From positions 128,001 through 192,000 of the forward strand of contig JAHPZI010000028.1 of the NCBI GenBank assembly GCA_019058295.1: a stretch of DNA of 64,000 nucleotides, read 5' to 3'. The notes under the pieces are model-generated. The model saw nothing but the letters and a program-made list of their open reading frames with translations, searched no databases and was not told where the DNA came from. Each line of letters opens with the position of its first letter. The first letter of the stretch is position 1. Below are positions 10,161-19,908 of the stretch, piece by piece. Source of the DNA: Promethearchaeota archaeon (GTDB lineage: Archaea > Asgardarchaeota > Lokiarchaeia > Sigyniarchaeales > SOKP01). The position numbers and the translations under genes are program-made.

Positions 10161-12419
10161 ATGAGCAAAGAGGAATTTAAGTTTAATAATAAATCTATTT
10201 CAATTGAAGAAAAAAGTGAATTAAGATCTTCTTTTAGAATTAAATCATTTAAGAAGAAATTAGACTTCATGGAAAAAAGTAAAATTCCTCAAAAGGAAAT
10301 AAATGAAGTGTTAGATCATTTATTTAATAAAAATACATCTCTCTCAGATAAAACCAAAAATTCTGTTTCAAAAATCTTATACTCCTTTAAAGATCGCATA
10401 ATTATTGTTATAACTAAACACGGAAAGCAATTTATTTGGAATCGAGATAAATTTATTAAGCTGTATGGTTGGTTTTTCTTTGTTTCCGAGACGGAGGATA
10501 TGAGTAAAGCAAAACCAAAGAAGAAGAAAATTAAAAAAGAAGAAATAACAGTGAAAACAGAAGAATATGAATTTAAAGACCATAAAATTGTAATTAAACA
10601 AAAAGAGAATATGCGAGGATTATATAAGACTAAAGAATACTTCAAATATTTTAAGCTCATAAATTCAAAAAAAATCCCTCAAAAACCGTTTAATGAAGTT
10701 TTGAACCATTTCTTTTTACATAATGAGCAAATCCCTGAAAAAGAGAAATTTGCTATTAAAACAATCAATTATTATTTTAATGAGAAAGTAATCGTCATTA
10801 AATCTTTAATTGGGGATCAAATGTATGAGAATCTTGATGAACTTGTCAAACAATATGGTTGGTATTTTTACATTACGGGAGTTCCTGTAGGTGATAGTGA
10901 TGTTTCAATTGTCGTTGATAAAATTGAGAGAAGATTTACATCTGATTATTTTAAAGATATAAATCTTAGTGAGAATGATTCTGACAAAATTAGAATAACA
11001 CTTTACCCTTTAGTGTTAAAACCTAATCATAATTGTATTATTCTAGGATTGGGTAGATTTAACATACTACTAGATTGCGGAATTACTGAGCATTATTATA
11101 AATTTATTGAAGATTATCTTGAAAACTTACCTCAGTATATTCTCGAGGCCGAAGAAGATCAGATTATAAGTAATAATGAAGATAATGAAACAAAATTAGA
11201 TAATATTTCCTTCAGACCAAAGTTGGACGCAATCTTCATCTCTCATAGTCATTTTGATCATATTTCAGGGCTAAAGGAATTAATTAAATTATATCCGGAC
11301 GTTCCAATTTTATCTTCAAGAATTACTTTAGATCTTTACCTCCTCCGAGATTCTGAGTTCCTAAAACAAGAAAATCATGAGGTTATAGAGGATGAAGATT
11401 ATAGAAATGTAATAAAAAATGTAATTTACGTTGAAAATGGTGAAAAAATAGAATTTAAGAATAAAAATTGTTATCTTTCGTTTTTTCACGCTGGACATAT
11501 GCCAGGAGCTTTAATGCTGTTAGCAAAAATCAAAAATTATCGATTTTTATATACAGGCGATTATACATACTGGGATATTACTCCATTTGCTGGGACAAGA
11601 AGCTTTTTGAAACAAATTTCTCGTCCAATTGATTTTCTCCTTATTGATGCTGTCTGTGCAAATGAAGATTTAGGCGATCAATCTCAGCAATTTCATAGTT
11701 TAATTCTATTCATGGAGCAGAAAGCCGAATATGGTGATAGCTCTTTAATAGGAGCGGATCCTTCCAGTTTAGCAATATCTTTCCTTTTAACTTTTTGGAG
11801 ATATTTTAGAAAGCTCCAATTGAAAAAAGGATATCAAAAGAGGCCCAATATTTATGTAGATCAAATGGTCCGAAAAAATATTCAAGTTATAAATCATCGT
11901 TATGAATATATTTATGGTCCTATTTCGAGATTAATACGAGATAAAGCGAATCCATTTAATAGTATTAAAATCAGGTGGTTTGATCATGAAGATTTAGATT
12001 TTCTACGTAAAAGGAATAATATCATAATTTCTCATCCCCCAGATCTTTCATATGGAATAATTAGGAATATACTTAATATAATAGGAAGAAATCCTCATAA
12101 TTTAGTTTTTCTTTCCGGGGCAATTCATGAACAACCCGGATTAGATCTTATTGGAGGTGCCGAGGAAATTGAGTTTTCTGAAACCTGGAAAATGCCATTT
12201 AGAGCTTTATTTTTGAACAACTTTGCCCCCCAGTTGAAAATAAAACTTCATGGAGATAAACTACAGTTAACTGAAATGATAAAAAATCTTGAGCCCAAGG
12301 AAGTCTGTTTTTTTCACCAAAGTCCAAAGAAATTAATTGATGTAGCAGATTACGTAAAAGAATTGGGTGTAGAAAAAGTTAGTGTACCTCAAAAAAGAAA
12401 ATTATTAATATTAAATTGA
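10161..12419 (+). CDS. Beta-CASP metallo-beta-lactamase ribonuclease (aCPSF-like) with a duplicated N-terminal domain
   Basis: LLDCG, SHSHFDH, AGHMPG, YTGD, C-terminal LHGD and FFHQ motifs; two ~105-aa N-terminal repeats ending in YGWxF. Confidence 0.85.
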   Translation: MSKEEFKFNNKSISIEEKSELRSSFRIKSFKKKLDFMEKSKIPQKEINEVLDHLFNKNTSLSDKTKNSVSKILYSFKDRIIIVITKHGKQFIWNRDKFIKLYGWFFFVSETEDMSKAKPKKKKIKKEEITVKTEEYEFKDHKIVIKQKENMRGLYKTKEYFKYFKLINSKKIPQKPFNEVLNHFFLHNEQIPEKEKFAIKTINYYFNEKVIVIKSLIGDQMYENLDELVKQYGWYFYITGVPVGDSDVSIVVDKIERRFTSDYFKDINLSENDSDKIRITLYPLVLKPNHNCIILGLGRFNILLDCGITEHYYKFIEDYLENLPQYILEAEEDQIISNNEDNETKLDNISFRPKLDAIFISHSHFDHISGLKELIKLYPDVPILSSRITLDLYLLRDSEFLKQENHEVIEDEDYRNVIKNVIYVENGEKIEFKNKNCYLSFFHAGHMPGALMLLAKIKNYRFLYTGDYTYWDITPFAGTRSFLKQISRPIDFLLIDAVCANEDLGDQSQQFHSLILFMEQKAEYGDSSLIGADPSSLAISFLLTFWRYFRKLQLKKGYQKRPNIYVDQMVRKNIQVINHRYEYIYGPISRLIRDKANPFNSIKIRWFDHEDLDFLRKRNNIIISHPPDLSYGIIRNILNIIGRNPHNLVFLSGAIHEQPGLDLIGGAEEIEFSETWKMPFRALFLNNFAPQLKIKLHGDKLQLTEMIKNLEPKEVCFFHQSPKKLIDVADYVKELGVEKVSVPQKRKLLILN

Positions 12420-12533
12420 ATTTTTAATGCAACGATTGTAAAATCCAAAAATACTTTGAATCTTATTTAAATTAAAAAAAAAAAGAAAAAAATAAAAAGT
12501 TATACGTTTAATTAAAAAGAAAAAATATTTTTA

Positions 12534-15500
12534 TTATTCAATTACTTCCATAGGTTTTCCATGGTGCTCTGGGATCGACTGTGCGCCACATGATGAACCC
12601 ATCCAGCAAACCAATTGGTTACCTTCTTTATGCATCGGCTTACCACAATGCATTGGTAAGTCTTGTTCAGCACCACATTCTACACACTTTAATTTTCCCA
12701 CTGTTTTTTCAACCTCCTTTTTTGAATTAATTATTTCTTCATTTTTTTCAATTTCAATATAGTTCTCGGGATTTTTTTTAAATTCAGCAACGCATGATTG
12801 ATTGCAAAAATAATATTTTTTTCCGTTATATTCATGTTCAATCCATTCTTCTGGCTTCCCCTTCATGCCACATACAGGATCCGTAACGAGCTTCTCTTCC
12901 TCTATGCCCTTATGCATTAATTTTGGATCAATGTTGCCAAAGTCCTTATATTTTTCAGGATCTCGTTTAAATTCTACTTCACATGATGAGCTGCAGAAAT
13001 AATATCTCTCACCATTATATTTATACTCAATTGATTGGCTAGGTATTATTTCCATTCCACAGATAGGATCGATTACTTTTTTCTCCACTAGTAATTTTTC
13101 TTCTTGTAGTTGCTGTTCAGTTTTAGGTTCATATCTCTTTAATAATAATGCATTTGTTACAACAGAAACAGAACTTGAAGCCATGAAAATTGCTGCTAAA
13201 TAAGGAGGAAGAAAATATCCAGTAAAGGCAAATAATAATCCAGCTGCTAAAGGAATTCCAATAAGGTTATATATAAATGCCCAGAAAAGGTTAGTAATCA
13301 TCTTTTTATATGTTTTCTGAGATAAATTAATTGCCGCAACCACATTTCTTAAATCTCCTCGCATAAGAACGATATCAGCTGTTTCAATAGCTACATCTGT
13401 CCCAGATCCAATTGCAATTCCAACATCTGCCTGTGCCAATGCAGGGGCATCATTTATTCCATCTCCAACCATAGCAACTTGTATATTATCACCAGAATCT
13501 TGGAGTTTTTTGATGGTCAATGCTTTTTCATTAGGTAATACTTCAGCTAAGATATGATTTTCATCAAAGTTTAAATCCGTTCCAATACTCATCGCGGTTT
13601 GTTTATTATCACCAGTTAACATATATATATCCATTCCTTTCTCTCGTAATTTTTCAAGAGCATAAGGAGCTTGATCTTTTACTCTATCAGCTATACCGAT
13701 GATCCCTTTAATTTGATCATCTATACTAACTAACATTGTAGTATTCCCTTTTTCTTGGTTTTCAATGAATTTAGAATTATATTCAGTAAAATCTAAATTA
13801 TTTTCTAAAAACAATTTTTCATTACCAATTAAAACTCGTTTATTATCTATTTTTGTTATTAGCCCTTTTCCTGGTATTGCATCAAATTCACTGGGAGACA
13901 CTAATGCTAAGCCTTCTTGATTTGCCTCTTCAATAATAGCTTGCCCAAGAGGATGCTCAGAACCCATCTCAGCACTTCCAGCAAAATAAAGAATGTCTTT
14001 TTTTGTTAAACCATTTCCTGTTAAATCATTTTCAGAATAAATTATTGTAACTTTTGGTTTTCCAATAGTTAAAGTACCCGTCTTATCAAAAACAATTGTA
14101 TTAATATTGTTTACAGATTCTAAAGAGTCACCACCTTTCATGAGAATACCATTTTCGGCACCTTTCCCTGTTCCAACCATAATTGCTGTGGGGATTGCTA
14201 ACCCTAAAGCGCACGGACAAGAAATTACTACTATTGATGTAAAAACTAATAACGCAACTTCAAGACCTAAATTTGCTATAAAAAACCAATACAAAAATGC
14301 AAGAGTAGCTGTTATAATTACAATCGGTACAAAATAACTACTTACTTTATCAGCCAAACGTTGTCTTGAACCTTTTCGAGCTTGAGCATCTTTAACAAAA
14401 TCAATTATTTGAAAAAGGAGAGTATCTTTCCCAATTTTTTCAGTTCTCATTTTAATTAATCCAGTTTGATTTACAGTAGCTCCTATAACATCATCACCAA
14501 TTTCTTTTTTAATATACTTACTTTCACCTGTTATCATAGATTCATCAATTTTAGTCTTACCTTCAATTACTTTACCATCAACCGGTATTTTTTCACCAGG
14601 TCTAACAATTAATGTATCACCTATTTCTATCTCTTCAATAGGAATTTCAATTTCTTCACCATCTCTTAATAATGTTGCATTCTTTGGTTGTAACCCTATG
14701 AGTTTTTTTATAGCTTCAGATGCCTGGCCTTTTGTTTTATGTTCTAAATATTTCCCTACTAATATAAATGCAAAAATCATACTCATGGCATCATAAAACA
14801 CTTCACCAGAAATAAAAAATGTAGTCATAACTGAATAAAAATAAGCTGTCGCCGTTCCTAAAATAATCAACACATCCATATTTGTCGTCCGATTTCGCAA
14901 AGATTTATACGCGCCCTTTAGGAAAAAAGATCCTGATATTGCGAAGTTAAAAGTTGCTAGAATCGTTAGGATTAGATTTCGTGTAAAAGTAATAGGTACA
15001 ATAAAATTTATTGGAGTGATTACTGCTGCAAATACTAATGAAATTATAAGAAGGATCAAACGATTTTTCATTTCTTTTTTATGCTGTTCAATTTCTTTAT
15101 CAATGGCTCCCGCTACTTTTTCTATTTTATATCCGAAGCTTTTAACGAGTGAAAAAATTTCATTTTCACTTAATTTTAATTCGTTAAATTCAATGAAGAA
15201 TTTTCTTGCTTCAAAATTGCTCCTAACATGCTGTATACCATTAATTTGTTGAATTTTATTTTCTAACATATTAAACTCATTTTCTGTAAGTGTATCAATG
15301 ATTCCAATGTCCATCTTCGCAAGCGATGCTTTATATCCCAAATTTTTAATAGCACTATTGAAATTATTATAATTCACTATCTTAGGATTGTATTCAACAG
15401 TTGCTTCTTCATTTGCAAAATTTACAACAGAACTATTAACCCCCTCTAGTCCTTTTAGTTTAGTTTCTATTTTTAACGCACAGGAAGCACAAGTCATCCC

Positions 15501-15542
15501 ACCAAGTTTTATTTTAATTTTTTCTTTAGCTTGTTCTTCTAT
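12534..15542 (-). CDS. copA: Cu(I)-translocating P1B ATPase with N-terminal HMA, two C-terminal YHS domains and a Cys/His/Met tail; start extended to ATA 15542 (ORF track: ATG 15497)
   Basis: [29 protein letters not shown]...MxxSS; DPICGM/DPVCGM...YYFC. The upstream in-frame [15 protein letters not shown] completes the HMA domain. Confidence 0.95.
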   Translation of the reverse strand: MEEQAKEKIKIKLGGMTCASCALKIETKLKGLEGVNSSVVNFANEEATVEYNPKIVNYNNFNSAIKNLGYKASLAKMDIGIIDTLTENEFNMLENKIQQINGIQHVRSNFEARKFFIEFNELKLSENEIFSLVKSFGYKIEKVAGAIDKEIEQHKKEMKNRLILLIISLVFAAVITPINFIVPITFTRNLILTILATFNFAISGSFFLKGAYKSLRNRTTNMDVLIILGTATAYFYSVMTTFFISGEVFYDAMSMIFAFILVGKYLEHKTKGQASEAIKKLIGLQPKNATLLRDGEEIEIPIEEIEIGDTLIVRPGEKIPVDGKVIEGKTKIDESMITGESKYIKKEIGDDVIGATVNQTGLIKMRTEKIGKDTLLFQIIDFVKDAQARKGSRQRLADKVSSYFVPIVIITATLAFLYWFFIANLGLEVALLVFTSIVVISCPCALGLAIPTAIMVGTGKGAENGILMKGGDSLESVNNINTIVFDKTGTLTIGKPKVTIIYSENDLTGNGLTKKDILYFAGSAEMGSEHPLGQAIIEEANQEGLALVSPSEFDAIPGKGLITKIDNKRVLIGNEKLFLENNLDFTEYNSKFIENQEKGNTTMLVSIDDQIKGIIGIADRVKDQAPYALEKLREKGMDIYMLTGDNKQTAMSIGTDLNFDENHILAEVLPNEKALTIKKLQDSGDNIQVAMVGDGINDAPALAQADVGIAIGSGTDVAIETADIVLMRGDLRNVVAAINLSQKTYKKMITNLFWAFIYNLIGIPLAAGLLFAFTGYFLPPYLAAIFMASSSVSVVTNALLLKRYEPKTEQQLQEEKLLVEKKVIDPICGMEIIPSQSIEYKYNGERYYFCSSSCEVEFKRDPEKYKDFGNIDPKLMHKGIEEEKLVTDPVCGMKGKPEEWIEHEYNGKKYYFCNQSCVAEFKKNPENYIEIEKNEEIINSKKEVEKTVGKLKCVECGAEQDLPMHCGKPMHKEGNQLVCWMGSSCGAQSIPEHHGKPMEVIE

Positions 15543-15758
15543 TTTATTTCACCTCGGTTTATCATAAAAAAATATCTAATGAGATTATTATAAGTTTTGT
15601 TTATATTTTGTAAATATAGCCTCTCTAATTCTCCTTCAGAATCAAGAAATGTTCTCAGATAACTCACCATATAAAAATAATAATTTTTTCGAATAATGAT
15701 TGCAAATGTCGTTTTTTCTCTGTTACCATTATTTTAAATTCAAAGATATTTTTTATAG

Positions 15759-15798
15759 ATATTACCTTGAAGTATATATAGAAAAGTATATATTTAAA
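15759..15798 (-). promoter_or_regulatory. Promoter/operator copy 1 of the copper island
   Basis: ATATTACCTTGAAGTATATATAGAAAAGTATATATTTAAA; 35/40 identical to 16694-16733; TTTAAATA TATA-like box on the minus strand. Confidence 0.7.
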
Positions 15799-15994
15799 AA
15801 TTATCTTTATAATTAATAAAAATATAATGAATCTCACTTTTATCTTAAATTCTGATAAATTTTATTCTAAAATTCTATTTTGCCCCATCTTCTTTCTTAA
15901 AATATTAATGTTTCAGTAAAAATCGTATTTTTAATTTTTTATTAAGGTCTAGAAATAATAATTAAAAAAAATTGGTTTGTTTTTTAAAATTGGT

Positions 15995-16294
15995 TTAAAT
16001 TTCACTTCCACAATATGGGCATAATTTCAATGTTTTATCGTCTAATTCTTCACCACAATTAGGACAAAAATAAGGATTCTTTTCTTCCATCTCTTCAATC
16101 AAGCCAACTTTTGGGGATTCTTGATTGGATAATGCAAAATCTTTATTCTTACTTGTTCCTCGAAATAACAGGTAAATAAGAATAATTACAATTAAAAGAA
16201 AAATAAAAAAGCCCAAAATCATGTAAATCCATATATTTGGATCCCAACCCATCATTGATCCATCCATGTGATCATCCATATGGTCAAAAATCAT
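15995..16294 (-). CDS. Small membrane protein: His/Met-rich N-terminus, one TM, C-terminal Zn-ribbon
   Basis: MIFDHMDDHMDGSMMG; TM; CPNCG...CPYCG; SD AGGAG. Confidence 0.8.
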   Translation of the reverse strand: MIFDHMDDHMDGSMMGWDPNIWIYMILGFFIFLLIVIILIYLLFRGTSKNKDFALSNQESPKVGLIEEMEEKNPYFCPNCGEELDDKTLKLCPYCGSEI

Positions 16295-16328
16295 TTAATC
16301 AACTCCTTTTTATTTAAATTATTTTTCA

Positions 16329-16625
16329 TTATTTATTCTTATTTTCCACAGTTTTAACAGATGTACTCTCGCTGTAATTATGTCTTACCAATAAATAAAG
16401 TATTAAACCGATTACATTAAGAATAAAAGCAATTATTAACCACGTTTCAGAATTAGCGATTCCTCTTCTTATGGCATCTTTATGGACATAATAAGCAATT
16501 ATTATGCTTACAGTGAAATAAATTATCCACCATAATAACATAAAGATCCACCAAAATGGACCAAATATATAAATCCACCAATCCATCATATCATACCCAT
16601 CATGATGATTTTCATCAAAAATCAT
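16329..16625 (-). CDS. Small membrane protein: His/Met-rich N-terminus, PLDc_N-like TM hairpin
   Basis: MIFDENHHDGYDMM; YVHKDAIRRG...WLIIAFILNVIGLILYLLVR; SD AAGGTG. Confidence 0.8.
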   Translation of the reverse strand: MIFDENHHDGYDMMDWWIYIFGPFWWIFMLLWWIIYFTVSIIIAYYVHKDAIRRGIANSETWLIIAFILNVIGLILYLLVRHNYSESTSVKTVENKNK

Positions 16626-16693
16626 ATTAGCACCTTTTTTGACAATAGTTTTTTATTTGTATAATTTAGTTTTCTATTTTATTGATTTTATTT

Positions 16694-16733
16694 ATATTAC
16701 CTTGGGGTATATATGATAAAGTATATATTTAAA
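16694..16733 (-). promoter_or_regulatory. Promoter/operator copy 2 of the copper island
   Basis: ATATTACCTTGGGGTATATATGATAAAGTATATATTTAAA, in the divergent gap between the small-protein operon and the regulator. Confidence 0.7.
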
Positions 16734-16828
16734 TATAATTATTATTTTATATAAAATAAGAATAAATATAATCAACAGGGAAAGTCATTTTTTTTTACCT
16801 TAACTCATAAATTAAGGTGATTTGCTGA

Positions 16829-17272
16829 TTGTTAGAAAAGAATGAAATTAAAGTTCAAAATCTTACAAGGTTTTATACTTTAGCGTTGTTGAAATCAAAA
16901 AAGTCGGTTACTGGCTATTATGTTCTAAAACGACTTGAAGCAGATCTAGGAAAAACAGCCAGTCCTACATATGTTTATGACTTTTTAAAAAAGCTTAAAT
17001 CCGAAGGATTTATTAAAGATGTTCAGATTCCAAAGTCAAAGCGATCAGGTGGTTATCAACTTACTCCTTTAGGTTCGAAATTTGTCGATAGAATCTTTAC
17101 TCGATTTGATAACTTAATAGAAGTAGCAATCCAATCAAAATTAAAAATTTGTGCAAGTTGTGGTGTCAAGCTTTATGATAATTTTTACGTTGAAAAGATT
17201 GGAGGTAAAGAGTTGATTTTCTGTTGTGAACATTGTGCAATGGCTTATAAAAATTTTAATCACAATCATTGA
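16829..17272 (+). CDS. PadR-like winged-helix regulator with C-terminal TRASH-type metal-binding domain (probable copper sensor)
   Basis: TGYYVLKRL...SPTYVYDFLKKLKSEGFI...YQLTPLG; CASCG...FCCEHC; divergent from the cop genes. Confidence 0.8.
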   Translation: MLEKNEIKVQNLTRFYTLALLKSKKSVTGYYVLKRLEADLGKTASPTYVYDFLKKLKSEGFIKDVQIPKSKRSGGYQLTPLGSKFVDRIFTRFDNLIEVAIQSKLKICASCGVKLYDNFYVEKIGGKELIFCCEHCAMAYKNFNHNH

Positions 17273-17375
17273 AAAGAACTATGTGAAATAACAAACGTTT
17301 CCCTCAATTTCAGAAGATATGAGCTGAATTTCTTTACTCTTTTATCTAGAATGAAGTTTTAAAAAAATTATACAC

Positions 17376-17759
17376 TTATTTTTTTTTCTCACGGTATACT
17401 TTAATCGCTTCTTTTAATCCATCTGCAACCATAACACTACAATGAATTTTAGGTTCAGGTAATCCACCCAAGGCCTCAACGATTTCCAATTTAGTAATTT
17501 TTTCTGCATCTTCTAAAGTTTTCCCTTTTGCCATCTCGGTGGCAATGCTGGATGAGGCTATAGCTGCTGCGCATCCGAAGGTCTCAAATGAAATGTCATC
17601 AATAATTTCTTGTCCACTTTCTTTTTTTACCTTAATATATACGTGCATATAATCTCCGCATTCAGCACTTCCGGCCGTCCCTACAGCGTCAGCATCTTTC
17701 ATTTCTCTTTGATTTCTGGGATTCTTGAAGTGTTCTAGTACTATATCAGTATAAATTAT
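17376..17759 (-). CDS. iscU: Fe-S scaffold IscU/NifU, copy 2; start extended to ATA 17759 or ATT 17756 (ORF track: 17702)
   Basis: CGD, GCAAAIASSS, KIHCS. The upstream in-frame YTDIVLEHFKNPRN is the conserved IscU N-terminus. Confidence 0.9.
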   Translation of the reverse strand: MIYTDIVLEHFKNPRNQREMKDADAVGTAGSAECGDYMHVYIKVKKESGQEIIDDISFETFGCAAAIASSSIATEMAKGKTLEDAEKITKLEIVEALGGLPEPKIHCSVMVADGLKEAIKVYREKKK

Positions 17760-17843
17760 TAAACACCTCTCAATAAAATATTTATTTACAATTTTAAAAT
17801 AGGTTTCAAGGATTTAAAACTTAATGTTTAGGAAAAGGAGAAC

Positions 17844-18230
17844 TTATTTTTGTTTTTCACGATACTTTTCTATCGCTTTATGTAATCCATCCGCAGCTAA
17901 ATTGCTACAGTGCATTTTGATTGGTGGAAGACCATCTAAGGCATCAGCCACATCACTTCTAGTTATCTCTAATGCTTCGTCCAATGTTTTCCCTTTTGCC
18001 ATCTCAGTGACCATACTTGAAGTAGCTATAGCAGCCCCACAGCCGAAGGTTTGAAAAGAAATATCATCTATTTTATCTTCTTTTACCTTAATATAAATAT
18101 ACATAAGATCTCCACATACAGGATTGCCAACCTCACCGACGGCGTCAGCATCCTCCATTTCACCCATATTTCGGGGATTCTTAAAATGTTCCATTACTTT
18201 ATCAGAATAAATTATGACCACCTTAATCAA
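17844..18230 (-). CDS. iscU: Fe-S scaffold IscU/NifU, copy 1 (true start may be 18221, 18215 or 18212)
   Basis: YSDKVMEHFKNPRN, NPVCGD, GCGAAIATSS, LPPIKMHCS. Confidence 0.95.
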   Translation of the reverse strand: MIKVVIIYSDKVMEHFKNPRNMGEMEDADAVGEVGNPVCGDLMYIYIKVKEDKIDDISFQTFGCGAAIATSSMVTEMAKGKTLDEALEITRSDVADALDGLPPIKMHCSNLAADGLHKAIEKYREKQK

Positions 18231-18522
18231 AAGATAAATAATTATAGTTAAAAATTTAATGATTTTGGATAATAATAATTCATTTTATCAAAATTATTAA
18301 AAACCTAATGAAAAAGTTTATTCAAAAAAGTAGTTAGTGTTGTTTTTAATATTTTATAAATAATAAATTTAAAACAGCTCATTCATATTTTAGATAAATA
18401 ATTGATATAATAGAATATTTATGAATTCCAATGAAATTTTTTAAAAATAATAAAAAACTTTCTATTGTATGTATATTTTACATTATTTAACACATTCAAT
18501 TTACAAAATTGACTAATGATTT

Positions 18523-19536
18523 GTGAGGAAGCCCATGAAATATTTTCAAAACGTACTGAAATTAATTGGTAGAACCCCTTTAGTCCGCATCAATAAAATT
18601 AATCCGAATAAAAATGTTCTTATGTTGGCTAAATTAGAAAAATACAATCCAGCAGGTTCCGTGAAAGAAAGAATAGCTATAACTATGATAGAAGAAGCTG
18701 AAAAACAAGGAATTTTAACCAAAGATAAGATAATTATAGAACCAAGTTCTGGTAATACTGGAATTGGATTGGCATTGGTTTGTGCAGTAAAGGATTATCA
18801 ATTAGAGATCGTTATGCCTGAAACGATGTCGATTGAACGCCGTAAGATAATGACGGTTTATGGAGCAAAAATAACATTAACTCCAGGAGATAAGGGGATG
18901 GATGGTGCAGAGGATTACGTTGAAGAAATAGTATCGAAAAATCCAGATAAATATTTCTATCCACATCAGTTCTCAAATGAAAATAATCCCCTTGCACATT
19001 ATAGATATACGGCTGGAGAAATAATTAATGATACAGATGGGGAATTAGACGTATTTATTGCAGGTTTGGGTACATCTGGAACATTAATGGGTGTTTCTAA
19101 ACGATTAAAAGAGTATAATCCTAAAATAAAAGTTATAGCAGTTGAACCAGTTCCTAATGCTCCTATTCAAGGTTTAAAAAGCTTAAAAACTTCATATGTA
19201 CCAGCGATTTACGACGAATCAAGAATAGATGAGAAAATTTATGTTTCAATGGAAGATGCCGAACATTTATCTCGAATGTTAGCATTACAAGAGGGCATTT
19301 TTTGTGGTATCAGTTCGGGAGCAGCTATGCATGTCGCTCTTGAAACTGCTAAAAAAATGGATTCTGGAACTATAGTCGTTCTTTTACCAGATGGAGGTGA
19401 AAAATATATCTCTGATCCAATATTCACTCCGGAGAAATGTCTCGCCTGTCAATACCAGTGTAAAGTGACAACGCTATGGACCGAAGATTACATAAAATCT
19501 ATTTCTGAATGGTGGGAAAAAACAGAATCTAAATAA
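18523..19536 (+). CDS. cysK: Cysteine synthase (CysK/CysM family, PLP) with Cys-rich C-terminal extension; start possibly ATG 18535
   Basis: IGRTPLV, NPAGSVKER, EPSSGNTGI, GLGTSGT, GISSGA, PDGGEKY. Confidence 0.9.
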   Translation: MRKPMKYFQNVLKLIGRTPLVRINKINPNKNVLMLAKLEKYNPAGSVKERIAITMIEEAEKQGILTKDKIIIEPSSGNTGIGLALVCAVKDYQLEIVMPETMSIERRKIMTVYGAKITLTPGDKGMDGAEDYVEEIVSKNPDKYFYPHQFSNENNPLAHYRYTAGEIINDTDGELDVFIAGLGTSGTLMGVSKRLKEYNPKIKVIAVEPVPNAPIQGLKSLKTSYVPAIYDESRIDEKIYVSMEDAEHLSRMLALQEGIFCGISSGAAMHVALETAKKMDSGTIVVLLPDGGEKYISDPIFTPEKCLACQYQCKVTTLWTEDYIKSISEWWEKTESK

Positions 19537-19623
19537 CTCCTTTTATTATATTTTAATAGAAATAGAGAAATATTTTTAAAAATTTCTTCGAAAAGATTTA
19601 AATATATAGTAGATAAATTATAA

Positions 19624-19908
19624 ATGATGACAAAAGAAAAAGGCATTGACAAAGAAAGTCTATTAAGTTATATAAAAAAGGCAATTAAGTTATTATGTGA
19701 AAACAACTTATCTGAAGTGGTAATTTTATCATCTTACAAAATAAATTCTGTTCTAAAGGAGAATTTCGGCGTTAACATAAAAGTCGATAAAATTGGGAGA
19801 ATATTAAGCGGTATAGCTAAGCGAAATCAATTAAAAAGATTAAGTACCTCAATACCTAAATACAAATTACGAATATCTAATTTCTCCAGTTTGAAATTTA
19901 AGATTTGA
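19624..19908 (+). CDS. Small basic hypothetical protein, possibly winged-helix
   Basis: 94 aa, K-rich, helix pattern SSYKINSVL...KIGRILS; overlaps the convergent gene by 11 bp. Confidence 0.6.
   Translation: MMTKEKGIDKESLLSYIKKAIKLLCENNLSEVVILSSYKINSVLKENFGVNIKVDKIGRILSGIAKRNQLKRLSTSIPKYKLRISNFSSLKFKI

Noticed and set aside
15664-15729. 21-codon ORF MVTEKKRHLQSLFEKIIIFIW between promoter copy 1 and copA
   Set aside because: Could be a leader peptide or decayed gene, but it is too short, has no metal motif and no SD; not supportable.
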